From Podarcis cretensis (taxonomy: Eukaryota), in NCBI GenBank assembly GCA_951804945.1, contig OX638149.1, positions 30,938,001-31,002,000 on the forward strand: a stretch of DNA of 64,000 bases, given 5' to 3'. Under the pieces are notes generated by a model. The model had not been told where the DNA came from and searched no databases. It saw nothing but the letters and a program-made list of their open reading frames with translations. Position 1 is the stretch's first letter. Every line of letters starts with the position of its first letter. Position numbers and translations under genes: made by a program. Below, piece after piece: positions 50,380 to 63,293 of this stretch.

Positions 50380-51650
50380 AAATATGTTATTTGTTTACAT
50401 ATTGCCCTTTCACAAAACGTCAGGGTGGTATACAGCAACATAAAAACATTTGTAAAAATATTACAGTGCAATGCACTGTAGTAGTCAATCCCAGATGTTA
50501 TCAGAGCATGGATAATTGTGGCCAAACTATCTCTGTTCAAGATAAATGCTGCTGTGTCCTCTGTTGAATAAACTGATGAGAAACCCCCCTTACCATACAA
50601 GCTTATCTGGCCCTCCACGTGGCAGAACCGGATCCAGGAGTGTCCCCAGGGTATGAAATTATTCCTTTGGGGAACGCAGTTCTACCCAGAAGAGACTGAA
50701 CTTTCTCAACAGGTGAGCCACCTACCCATAGATCCTCCACGCTGTCAGGATTTTCAGTTTATTCACCCTCATCTAGCCTATAACTGATTCTGAACACCAG
50801 CGCAGGACTTCCACTGCCTCAGCTGAATCCAACAGAGACACACACACAGCTGGGTGCTGTGAACATACTGACGGCACCTTGCTACAAATCATCAAATGAT
50901 GTCTCCAAAGTATAGCACAAATTACCATAATAAATGTGGAAAAATATCTACGTTTCATTATTAGTGATCAATGTATAAGTTATTGGTTCATGAATTTGTT
51001 TAAACAATTAGGAAGAAGAAGAAGAAGAAAAATAAAGAAAAGGGGGGAAAGAGGGGAAGTGGAGAATGGTGAGTGAGGTGAGGTGAGGTGAGTTGTGTTT
51101 CTATTATTCTAAGTGTGTGTGGGGGTGTTTTGTCAGCATTACTTGTATGGGTTGTCTTGCTATTCACTTGTTGTATTTCCTTGGTGGTGAAAGAGGTTTG
51201 GGGTGGCTTAGGGTGTGGTTGGTTTTTGGTTGGCTGTAGTGAGAATTGTTTTTGTGTGTGAGCAGGGTTGGGGGTGTGTATTTTTGAATCAGGTTAGCCA
51301 GATTGATTCATATGCTGTTGGCAGGCTCTTGTTGTTGTCTGTTGGGCTGTGTATGTGATAAAGGTGAAGGTGTCTTCTTCTATTTGTCTCCGTGTCAGTT
51401 TCAGTTTATTGGTTAGTTTTTCTAATAAGGCTGTTTCCCATACGATTTGATACCACTGATGTTTCATGTAAATGTTAAAAATCACAGGGGTTAAGAAAAA
51501 AGCAACAACACCCTACAGGACCCCACTGCATAAATGCCATGGGGCCAAGCAGAAGTCCCCCACATCTACTTTCTGGAATTAGATGTCCAGATAGGAGTGG
51601 AGTAGCCATATCACTATGCTACTATTCCCAACACAGAGAGCCTATCCAGA
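50380..51650 (-). mobile_element. degenerate L2 RT fragment interrupted by an L1-like insert (~50960-51470)
   Basis: LATIIHALITSGIDYYSAL and other RT-like remnants on both sides of an AT-rich L1-type 3' segment. Confidence 0.55.
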
Positions 51651-52849
51651 AGAGCACGGGCAAAGATGCACTTCTTCCAATAGGCTTTTAGATGAAATAA
51701 ATAAACAACCCAGTGCTCATCCCTTCTGAGTAACCCTGTAACAATTTCCCTGCATGGAATATAGAAAACCTGAGATCCTGGAAAAATTACTTAGTAGTAA
51801 AGTTGGTTAGCAATTCGATCATATATGTTTGGCAGCGTGGAGTGTTTGTTTCTTGATCTGGCATCTCAATTCCATTCCTCCCACTGTCAGTCAGTGCCTA
51901 GTTGGCATTGAACTGGGATTGTCGTTTTTTCTGTGTGTGTGTGTGTGTGGGGGGATTACCTCTTGTTGATCTTTCTACATTTGTTGTTACTATGTTCTTT
52001 TGTTGCATGAGATATGTTACCATTTCCCCATCTTTTTTGGTTATCCTCCCCCAAACCCTGCGGTATGTCTTGTTGAGATAGAGATTGCTCATTTCTGCTT
52101 TGTTCCGTTTCTCTTCTCTGAGAATAGCTAGGGAAAGAAACAGAGATATCAGTACGGCTTAGCAGGTAAGCTTTCAAAAAAGAAGTTTGACAGCTTTTCC
52201 TTGTTTTTAATAGGGACAATGGGAAAAAGTAAGATTTAATAGGGTGGGGGAGCTGCCAAATGCAAAAGGAAATAATAAAATGGACTGCCAACATGATTTT
52301 AGCACCAAATGAGTTGATGTTTGGAGCGATTGCTTTATATTAGATTTCCTCAATTCATTCTGACTGTAGCAAATCTGAAATTTGTTATGGCACCTAAGAT
52401 TCCATGGTCTGAACTTCCAAATAATAATAAACTTGCATTGGGGTTCTGAGTTACAGCCATGAATTTTGATTCCTGTGAGTAACTAATCTTAGGTGGGAAC
52501 TTGCAACTGATCAGATGACTTCACTGATGGGCAGTATTAAAATACCATAAATAAATAAACGAATGCAGGCTTGGAGAACCGGCCTGTCCCAAAGTACTAA
52601 CAAGACGTGGCGGGATTGCAGCCTAGGGATGTCCATAGTTTATGTGCTGAGCGAAGAAGTACTTTCTTCGTCCTGAATCCTGAAGGTTGCATTGGATGTC
52701 CGTAAGTTCTAGCGTTATGAGAGGGCACAGGAACCCCTATGAGACTTGCTTCTCCCCGTCCAAACTCGGGCTTGCTACCCAGGACCACTGTTTCTACAGC
52801 CATCCCAGCCATCCCAGACTTATTTACCCAAATGCCTGCTCCCATCACT

Positions 52850-53340
52850 TCCCACCTCACTGACCCACCACGCCAGTCTCTCTCTACGAACTGGACGTGC
52901 TGTTTGGTCACTTCGCCCGCGTGATCAGTAGCCAGCGCTTTCCCCTCACCATGGAGTAGAAACCGCTGCGCCACCTTAAAAAGCCATTTCAGCAGCAGGA
53001 ACTACACGCCTCGCGTTCGTCCTTCTTTCTCCGGCTGACTCCCACCATAGAGGAAAGCAGGGGTAATAATTACACACCACTTCCGGGTTTCTATCTTAAT
53101 GTCACCATTTGCGGGGCAGAAGGCAAAGCCGCTTTAGCCCTACCTCTCTGCGGCGCCCTGTCCCGTCCCGCACGTTCAGTAGACAACCGGAAGTGTTGTT
53201 TGCCAGCTGATGGTAACGCTTGATGCCTCAGGCGAAGCGGGCTCTGCTTCAGGGAAATCTAAAGCCCGATGCATTTGTTAATCTTTAAGGTGCCTTGGGT
53301 TTCTTGGTTGTGAAATCACCGGCGCTGCAACCCTTTCGGG
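52850..53340. promoter_or_regulatory. small CpG island promoter with paired ETS/GABPA motifs
   Basis: CpG-rich patch with ACTTCCGG (53079-53086), CCGGAAGT (53187-53194) and YY1-like GCCATTT (~52983). Donors ATG|gtgagg (-, 52950) and ATG|gtaacg (+, 53212). Confidence 0.7.
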
Positions 53341-54026
53341 TTAAAATCAATTGGACACTAAATTACTTCTCTTTCACAGGATGGTACGCAGAGTGACTTT
53401 CCCATGGTCACAGGTTCGGTGTACAGAGCCCAGCAGTGATTTGGATTCTTGCTTCTTACATCAAAATCAGAAACTCACCCAGTCCAATGGCTCACTATAA
53501 CATGAATTTTATCAATTATCGAACTCAGTACAAAACCAAAGTATAGAAAGAGTTTTAAATGTGTTTTATAACTAATTGTACTGCAGGAATTGAGGGCTGG
53601 GGCTGACGTTGCATAAGCTACACCAGCCCTGAAAAGTAACCAAGTGTTCCTATATCCATTTTGTTGGAGTGGGGAGATAGAATAGTATATGCCAGGGTAA
53701 TTTCCTGGTGTTTGCCCCCCTCCAAGGTTAATACAGGGTGTGTGTAACTGTGTGTGTGTGTGATTGTAGCAACCGTGCAGTTAATTAAGGATTGGAGGAA
53801 GCCAGGGGAAGAACTGATGGTTTGAGCTCTTGAGTGGAAGGATTTTGTCTGATTGCTAGGTTTATCTGTGGATAAACAGCTGATCTACCCATTGGGAAAC
53901 AATGAAGGGTAGACCTAGAAATCTAGCTTTTTAAAGGCCATGCCTACTCAGGCCTGGCCACTACTCATCACATGTACCAGAAATGATAGACCAATTCTCT
54001 CACGCTAGTCATGTTTGTTTGGTGTA

Positions 54027-54252
54027 CAGTGGTACCTCAGGTTACAGACGCTTCAGGTTACAGACTCCGCTAACCGAGAAATAGTACCTTGGGTTAAGAA
54101 CTTTGCTTCAGGATGAGAACAGAAATCGCGCAGCGGTGACGCGGCAGCAGCGGGAGGCCCCATTAGCTGAAGTGGTACCTCAGGTTAAGAACAGTTTCAG
54201 GTTCAGAATGGACCTCCAGAACGAATTAAGTTCTTAACCTGAGGTACCACTG
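54027..54252. mobile_element. Tigger/pogo-like MITE
   Basis: Perfect TIR CAGTGGTACCTCAGGTTA, TA TSD. Confidence 0.85.
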
Positions 54253-54349
54253 TATTTACTTCAGTCTCGCCTGGAAATATTTCTGCAGATACCCATGATT
54301 GTAAGGGTGCTTGAAGCATATTACAAGTCACTCTGGGAATCAAAACGCT

Positions 54350-54644
54350 TTGTTGTTGTTGTTTAGTCGTGTCCGACTCTTCGTGACCCCATGGACAAGA
54401 GCACGCCAGACACTTCTGTCATCCACTGCCTCCCGCAGTTTGGTCAAACTCATGCTGGTAGCTTCGAGAACACTATCCAACCATCTCGTCCTCTGCTGTC
54501 CCCTTCTCCTTGTGTCCTCCATCTTTCCCAACATCAGGGTCTTTTCCAGGGAGTCTTCTCTTCTCATGAGGTGGCCAAAGTATTGGAGCCTCAGCTTCAC
54601 GATCTGTCCTTCCAGTGAGGACTCCTTAAGAATGGATAGGTTTG
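54350..54644 (-). mobile_element. BovB (RTE clade) LINE 3' end, 5'-truncated
   Basis: Encodes KLRLQYFGHLMRREDSLEKTLMLGKMEDTRRRGQQRTRWLD...VHGVTKSRTRLN; (CAA)n tail; 11-bp TSD ATCAAAACGCT at 54339 and 54645. Confidence 0.92.
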
Positions 54645-55379
54645 ATCAAAACGCTAGATAGTATTAACTTTTGGTCTGATGGGCTGAAGCTCCATAAGTA
54701 CAGAGCATCTGTCTTGCATGCAGAAGGTTTCTGGTTCAGTCTCTGGCATCTCCAGGTCAGGCTGGGAGGGACTCCCTGTCCAAAATCCTGGAGAGCCACT
54801 TCCAGTCCGTGTAGACAGTACTATGCTAACTAGACCTGTGGTCTGACTCAGAGAAAGACAGCTTTCTGTGTTACTAAATTCTTAGGAATCTTTTGCTGTG
54901 ACAGTGACTTTGAGTGACCCACAGGTGGCTTATTTTATTTGGAATTTATCCTTGTGTTTAATGACCACTAGGTGTCATCTATACTGTAACTGCAGATTCA
55001 TTTATATTATGCCGAGTGCTTAATAGGATGTCAGCTGAGTTTCATTCGAAACCAGAAGATAGCTGGGAATTTCCAAAAAAAGAGATGCTGGTGACTGTGA
55101 ACCTCACTACATTGGTTTCTTCTGTTCCCCATCATCATCTGGGCCACACAGAGCCCTGCTATGAATTAAACCCAGTTTGTATCCACATCATACAAAAAAA
55201 GTACTTCTTCCAGCAATGTGTAATTTATATGCAGAATTTGAAGCCATGGTATGTGGTGGTGGCTTCTGATTTACTTGGCTTTAAACAGGGTTTAGTCAAA
55301 TTCATGGAAATAGGTTTGTCAACGGCTACTCGCCAAGCCAAACCACCATGATAAGAGGAAATATGCCTGATATTACTTT

Positions 55380-55567
55380 TAAAAATTGAAAAATTGTCCA
55401 GTAGCACCTTAGAGACCAGCTAAGTTTGTTATGGGTATAATCTTTCATGTGCATGCACACTTCTTCAGATACACAGCTACTGGACAATTTTTTATTTTTC
55501 AATTTTTATTTTCAATTTTTTAATTTATTTTGACTGCATCAGACCAACACAGCTACCTACCCAAATC
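55380..55567. mobile_element. Penelope-like fragment with inverted segment
   Basis: tccagtagcacctta.agacca.ctaagtt...cacttcttcagatac is shared with 47940-48110; inverted aaaattgtccagtagc/gctactggacaatttt; flanking direct repeat ctgatattactt. Confidence 0.5.
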
Positions 55568-57734
55568 TGATATTACTTGTTAGGGAAGAAGCGTGGGAAA
55601 GGGTTGTGGCTTTCATGCTTTACATCTGTGGGAAATAGAGTGCTTAGTTGGGTGTTTGGTCTCATCCATGTTCTTCTAAGCTTTTCCTAAGCTCTGAGTA
55701 ACTACAGGGAGTCACTTAATCACAAGGTCATGGGTCCGAGCCCCATACTGGGCAGAAGAGTCCTGCATTCCAGTGGGTTGGACTAGATGATCCTCAGGGT
55801 CCCTTCCAACTCTACAATTCTATGATCAAGGATTGGGATTATGCACATTTTGCCCTGGTATATGCAATTTTGTACACGTCTAGAGAACTACATTGCAAAA
55901 CTGGAACTGTGTGAATTTAGGGTGGCTGTGTTTTGGTTCATGTATCTTTTGCAAATGGCAGATTATGTAGGTTCACCTTCAAATTTCTTTCCTGTCCCTA
56001 TTTGTAAATGCATCCAGTTTGCCAAACATTTCCCCAGCTGCGCTCTTCCAGGATATCCAGAATTCCTTTCAGGAAGCCCTGTGGCAACTGCAAGTGAAAT
56101 AATTTAATGAAGTAATTTGCCATGTGAATGGCTTTGGTTGATGTGAGGGGGTACTTTATTTGTCTTGAGGGAAGGGAATCCCACATAAGACATACAAACA
56201 TACATAATGCATGAATGCATCTATGACATACATTCTGTGTGGAAGAGATGGGGACATTTACCCCAAGAAAATTTGCATTGTGGGCCTTTCCCACACGATG
56301 GCAGCAAAAATCCTTGGAAGACCAGAAATTACCTTCCTAAAAAAAGAGGAAGAAGCTGAAAGAGGAAAAACAATCCAGGATGATCACACACTCAAGTGTT
56401 TCTGGCTGAAGATCTGGATTTCTCAGGTTTCTCCCAGTAAATCTCGGAGTCTGTAGCTTGCATTCCAGGCAGCCAAAAAACACCCAGGCCAGTACAGGCT
56501 AAAGTACTGATCACTCCATACAGCTGCACACTTATACAAAAGCATAATGGTGCCCATTGGCACTACTGCAAGAAGCAGCAGTGGTTTCCCGTGTTTTGTA
56601 TGCTTGTGTATATATGTGGGAGTGTATATATGTGAGATGTGAGAGGCTGAGATTCACTGCCCAGTAAGGAAGGCATACTGACTTATCACTTGAAACCAGT
56701 CTGGCTGGAGGCGTCTGCCAGGGGAATCGGTTTGCCCCTGCTAAGGCATCTGACCCATCCCGTTTAGTTCCTTTGACAAGGCCAAACAGAGATTAGTTTT
56801 GGAAAGGGACTTGAGTCTGCCTGCAGCACTTCAGATAGCCTTGCACATGAAAGCATTTAAAGAGGAGCATATTTAAAGAACTCGGAGGCAGCTGTGCATC
56901 TAAAATTAAAACGTGTCTTGCTTCTTGTATTGTTCGGCTGGGCTTTCTCTTGCACACTCTGAACCTGTCTGAGGGCTCTGAGCAAGAGGAGGGGGAGACA
57001 TTCCTCCTTTGTTTTCTGCAACCTGGATCCGCCATCTGTGTGGAGGGGAAGGGGACAGTGGTGAACAGAAATGCTTGGGTTATCTCTCCCCCCACCCCCG
57101 CTACTTGGGGCAATTCCATTCCATTCCCAATTTATCCTGAAGAATTCTCTTCGGCACAAGGGGATTACCAGGATAACACAGGCAACCATAACAACTGGCA
57201 TTCCTGTCCTGCTCCCTCACTGGAAATAGAAAGGTTCACACTGTCATTGTTTTGTACCTTGGGTAATGATTCCCACCTTTGCAATGTAGGTGTAAAACTG
57301 TTACAGCTAAATGATAGTATTTGCATATAAGTTCAATATCGTTCAAGGAGCTAATGGGGTGGTTGTGTGGTGGGGAGAAGGGCCATAGCTCAGTGGTAGA
57401 ACACATGCTTCAATGTAGAAGGTCCCACTAGGAGAGACCATGTCTAGTGTAGCTGCATGGACCAATGCGCTGATTCTGTAAAAGGCAGCAGCCTCTTTTC
57501 CTATGTAGGATGAAAGATGGGGAGGTAGAGGAGGTGCTTCATAACATCTACAAATCCCAATCTTGACTTCCTCTAATTTTTCCTATATTTTGTTCCACCA
57601 CCGCAACCTTTCCATAGTAAAAGTCTTCAGCACAGCATTTAAGGTGGCTGCTCCCTCCATAACTGCATTGGATCTTGAAGTGGGATCTCTTGCAAGAGAG
57701 AGAGAGAGAGAGATCCCAAATTGATTATGTAGAT

Positions 57735-57983
57735 CATGGGTAGGCAAACTAAGACCCAGGGTCCAGATCCGGCCCAATTGCCTTCTAAATTCGGCCCACG
57801 GACGGTCCGGGAATCAGTGCGTTTTTACATGAGTAGAATGTGTCCTTTTTAAAAAAATGCATCTCTGGGTTATTTGTGGGCATAGGAATTCGTTCTTTTT
57901 TTCCTTCAAAATATAGTCCGGCCCCCCACAAGGTCTGAGGGACAGTGGACCGGCCCTCTGCTGAAAAAGTTTGCTGACTCCTG
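57735..57983. mobile_element. hAT-type MITE, same family
   Basis: 8-bp TSD ATGTAGAT; collinear with 31580-31829. Confidence 0.88.
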
Positions 57984-59310
57984 ATGTAGATTTTAAACTG
58001 TATTTGGTCATGCTTATATAAATTGTCTTGGGGACCTTTGGACAGAAAGGAAGAGTTATAATCGATCAAATAAATACAGTATCAGGCTGAGAGTGCGGGG
58101 TTGCATAGCATCCCCCTTGCAATGTTACATTGTGCATTCATGTCATACTACATGGGTAGAGTTTAAGCAGAGCGTTTCACCAGACACCTATGCAGCCACA
58201 GAAAAAGAGGTAAAGGAAAATAATTAAGCAAAAACAAGAAGCAAATGTGTAGGTATAGAATGGGGAATACCTGGCTTGCAAGCAGTACATGTGAAATTCA
58301 CTTTGGGATTGTAGTCAATCTCAGTCTGAACCAGCATGTCAGCAGTAGGACGTGGCTTTAAAAATAGCTAATGCAATTTTAATACATACATTAAGAGAAC
58401 AGATTTTTCAAGTTGCAAGAAGTCACAGTTCCACTTTATTCTATATTTTTCAGGCTTCATCTAGGGTACCAAGAGATCTTAAATGTAAAAAACAACAACA
58501 TAGTAAATTGATAAGCTACATGATAGATGCTAGAGTAGTACACACAAAACACTGGGAATTCATCTGAAAGCCCAGGTTTAAAAGAATCAATAGTAAAAAC
58601 CTTCAACCTTGCAACTATGGCACAATTGTCGTCTTTCATAGGAATGAAGGAAAATCACTTATATTGGGATGATATAAAAGTAGACATATAAATGAGGTAT
58701 ATTCCTAAGTATGTGGGTTTAGGACTGCAGTTTTAATTTATTACTGAAACCGCTATGTTGTGTTAAGACAAATGAGCAAATAAATCAAATATAGAAATAA
58801 TTTAAATTGTGTGTACTTTCTGGGTGTTTATTGCGTATTAAAAAGAAAGAACAGAGGGAAAACCCATCAGATTAATAGTGCAGTCCTATGCATGCTTACA
58901 CAGAAGTTGGTCCTAAATAAGGATATGTAAGGATTGTAAGGATTGAAGCCCTATCACGCTTACCTGGGAGTAAGTCCTTTTGAATACATTGGTACTACAT
59001 TTTGATGAAATGTTGACAGTAGTGAGCTAGATGGACCAATGGCCTGAGAGCTTGCTATGTTCCTATAAAATGTAAGGCAGCTTCCCATGTTCCTATAAAA
59101 GATTGGGAAGCAAGCAAATGCTTTTTGGGCATGCAAGTTCTGAGTTCACTGTAAGCATGCATAGGATCAGGCACTTATTTATTTATTTACTTATTAATTT
59201 AAAACATTTTTATCCTGCTCTTCAACGCAAGCCATTTCAGAGCGGGTTACAAATTAGAAATGCCGTAACAGGCGCAGATTGATTGACTGCTGTGGTTTTT
59301 GTTCAGTTAT

Positions 59311-59574
59311 TGTTATGTACTGAAGTTCTCACTCTGGGCCAGCAGGGGGATACTATAGATAGTTTCCACTAAGGTCCACATATGCAAATAAGGAATTGAA
59401 AGTGTCGTTCAGTGATTGGATAGTTACAGAAAGTTGTTACTGTTGCGTTGTAGTGGAGCTCTATATAAGCAGGCTGGCTGAACCCTTCAGTTCCGTTCAG
59501 TTCTGGCCTGTGAATAAACAAGAGCTGTTTGAAGAATCGCTGTGTTGTCTGATATGTTCACCCACAACTTAACA
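59311..59574 (+). mobile_element. solo LTR (Gypsy-like)
   Basis: TGTTA...TAACA termini, TATA (ctatataa at 59461), AATAAA (~59513), 5-bp TSD GTTAT/GTTGT. Confidence 0.75.
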
Positions 59575-62500
59575 GTTGTAATCTAACAAGGGGTGTATAG
59601 GAAAGGGTAGTGCCTCTGGTGTGGGACACGTTGTGCTCCTTCTGGGGTAGTTTGCCCACCTTTAGTCCTCACCCGCCCCACAGCTCTCACCTTTGGCTCC
59701 AATGGGTTCTGCAGCCAAGCTGGTGCCAAAACATATTGCTCTGCTTTTCTTTGGACCACATTAGTGAGGCCGAGAGCGGGGTCTTGTCTGGGCAGCCTAA
59801 GTCCTCCATACACACTGCCCAGGCTTGCTCCCCAGGGAGGTCACTTTGGTGCTGCTAACGCAACAGTATGACTTCACCCCTGAAGGCGCACTCCTTTGTT
59901 TCTCGAGACAGACGGACGCCAACCCATCTAACAAATTGTAAGGCCAACGTGTAATGGATGCCTCCTAAAGCAAGGGGTAGCGGACATAGGGCCCTGCACA
60001 TGCTGTGAGCTGCAAGGGCAACAGCCCCAGCTGTGATGGCCAATGGGCAGGAATGATGGGAGTTGTAGTCTACAACATCTGGCGGGCACCACATTCGCTG
60101 TCCCTGTCCTAAAGGGCAAGTGTCATGGAACTTATACAAACACAGGGTTGAATATGTAGGGAGGAATTTGTAAGTACATCCTACACAGAGTGCCTGTGGA
60201 AATATGGCTTTTATGGACTGTTACACTTCTACAAAAAACACAAAAAAATGTTGCTCCAGGTTCCAGAAAGTGTCCTTCAGAAATGAAGAAGAAAAGCAGG
60301 CAAAATATAACTTTTTCACATTATGAAAATATGATTTAACGTTGAGATGAGAGAATATTTTGGGTTCAATCGGTTTAGACTTCAGAATGCCACCTAAACT
60401 ACATAGGGAAAGAATGCAACATCTAAACAAAGACGAAAGGCTCCTTGCAGAACTTGAAAAGTCCTCCTGCAAGTATTAGTCTCGTGGGTGGTAGATTAAA
60501 GAAAAGGAACGGACGTCTCATCTTCAAAATATGGAACACCCAGGATCAGAGCTGTCTCATTTCTCATTTCTGTTTATACAGAGTGCTGCTCAGGTAACAC
60601 ACATAACACTCTTTTATCTGTATATAAGGGCTGTTGTCTAACCGTTGTCTATTCATGCTAATAAAAACCAGGCGTGTTGCGTTTGTTTTTCAATTGGTGC
60701 TCATCTATTGTAATGCAATTGGGATTGATTCCCAAGGAGGTTTTGATGGAAATACATTACAGCATTGTGTATTACGTACTGAGACACTGACTAGCTCTAT
60801 CCAGGTCTGTTTCTAATGTTATAACAATGGTGCTGCCAAACTCCACCCCTTCTGATGCTTATCTGCCTCTGCCCCACTCTCCATGAGGAGAGGGCAAAGT
60901 TCTGCTTTCTGTTCCTGAGGATCACAGGAAGCTGCCTTAGCTTATACCAGGTCAGAATGTCTGTCTGTCTGCTCTCCTGGTTCCTTCCCATCACCTGGTT
61001 GCATTAACTGGAGACACCAGGGACTGAACCTGAGACCATCTGCATTCAAGGCATATTCTAAATCCTGGAACTATTAATTGTTGGAACATTGGTTTTCCTT
61101 GAGGGTTCAGACCTACGGCTGGATCATTCAGAGCTATGTAAATGGCATTTAATGCCAAAGTACTATGAGGCAAGGGGCATTCTCAGTGCTGATTCCAAGG
61201 GCAAAGTGGGGGGCATAATACTGGTCTGCTGCGGTTAATAACATAGCACTGATGTCACAATGGAAGACACACAATATGAATTAGAAAAGGCCGTTGTTCC
61301 CGTTTTGTGGTTTTCATAAATTCAAGTTAGATGTTAAATGCAAACCTCCTTTCTGAGGTTTCCCTCCCAGCTTCCAGCTCAGGGGTTCAATTCCTATGCA
61401 ACCTGGAAGCATCCTGTGGAGGCACATAAGAACATGAGATCATAAGATCAGCCAGACAGGATCGAAGGAACGTCTAGCTCAGCATCCTAATTTCACAGTT
61501 GCCAAAAAGTGCAATAGCACTCTGCCCACTTTGGGTTCCATTTCCCAGCAACTGGAATTCAGGCCCACTGTTTCTGACAGTGGAAGAAGAGCATCACCAA
61601 CATGGCTGCTCACCACTGAGAGCCATGGATTTATCCTCCATTAATTAGTCTAAGCCCATTTTAAAGCTGTCCTGTTTGATGGCCGTCACTATATCCTGTG
61701 GCACCAAATCCCACTGTTTGTATTTTGTTTCTCCTGAATCTCCCTGTCTTCTGCTTCACTGGATGACCCTAGATCTAGTATTATGAAAGGTGGATTTTCT
61801 CTACTTTCTCCACACTGCGCACATTTTATACACCTCTATCATTTTCTCCTCCTTCCACAGTATATGTACATTAAAAAATAATTAAAAGCCTCAAATGCTG
61901 TAAACTTTCCTCATGAGGGAGTTTCACCAGCTCCCTTAATCATTTTCTGATTTCTGATTTTTATTTTTTTGCAGCGCAGCAGTATCTTCCCCCCCCCCCC
62001 GAAGTGCAGAGACCAGAACTGAACAAAGCATTCTAAAAAAAATATTTAAAAAGTTATACTTGAAGTGGCTGTCCATAATTTCAGTGGGGTGAATCGAATG
62101 CGACTCATGAGATTTGTCCTGGAAAATATTATGTGGATAACCTGCTCCAGCATACATATTCCTTAATCACAAGATAATTACAAGGGGAAAAAATCAATGC
62201 ATAGAAGCACCAAATGATATTGACACAAATGATTCCTTTTTATGCACACCTCATTAACAGGCCTGGCATATTTTAACCTCATCTCCGTCATTTCTTCCAG
62301 ATGGCTCTCTTCGTGGCTTTTGCTCCACACATTATGATCGCTGCACTGAATGTTACCCTGGTGTGTACCCTGCAGCAAGCACATAAAGAGCCGATCAAAA
62401 ATGGCCTTCCAAAATTCTCCACTCTGTCTGCAGGCAGCAAAACAGTGGGAACCATTTTGCTGGATATAGAAGGAGGAGAAATCCCCCCTGTAGTTGATAG

Positions 62501-62971
62501 GCTGCCCATCTGCTGTAGCAGCAGCACAGCTTATCCCTGCCGCCCACCTAGAACCATGTATTTTTATGCTGTAGCAACTCAGTTGGCAGACTTGGCAACG
62601 TTTTGTGTTCCTCCCAATGCCTGAGACCTGCCATTGTTCCAGGACTTTGTGAGTGGGGAAATGGTAACAAACAAACAAAAGAGGGGGGGCAGGGAGGAGG
62701 CATAGAATATTCCAAGAATTCTTTTTAGGAGAAGGGACAAAAGTATATTTTAAATTATCAGAAAATTTCTGAGAAATTTTGGCTCAGGATACCCACTTCG
62801 TTGAAGGTGATGCCCATGAGTGATATCTGTAGCTCAGTGACAGCATCTGTACAGCATACAGGAGGAAACTTCCTGTCTGAAAACTCCAGAGTCTGGATGA
62901 ACCAATGGTCTGATTCAGTATAAGGCAGCTTCCCATGTTCCTATGGGCAGAGCTACAGTGTACATTTAAAG

Positions 62972-63293
62972 CATGGGTAGGCAGACTAAGGCCCAGGGGC
63001 TGGATCCGGCCCAATCGCCTTCTAAATCCAGCCCGCGGATGGTCTGGGAATCAGCATGTTTTTACATGAGTAGAATGTGTGCTTTTATTGAAAATGCATC
63101 TCTGGGTTATTTGTGGGGCCTGCCTGGTGTTTTTACATGAGTAGAATGTGTGCTTTTATTTAAAATGCATCTCTGGGTTATTTGTGGGGCATAGGAATTT
63201 GTTCATTTTTTTCTTTCAAAATATAGTCGGGCCCACCACAAGGTCTGAGGGACAGTGGACCGGCCCCCTGATGAAAAAGTTTGCTGATCCCTG
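62972..63293. mobile_element. hAT-type MITE, same family, with internal ~71-bp tandem duplication, nested in an older palindromic MITE (~62945-63487)
   Basis: Duplicated tgtttttacatgagtagaatgtgtgc... unit; the flanks resemble the element at 14197-14394. Confidence 0.8.

Noticed and set aside
57378-57510. tRNA-like sequence (gggccatagctcagtggtagaa...)
   Set aside because: Degenerate tRNA-derived SINE head with a non-tRNA body (similar at ~16120, ~54690 and ~62830); no complete cloverleaf.
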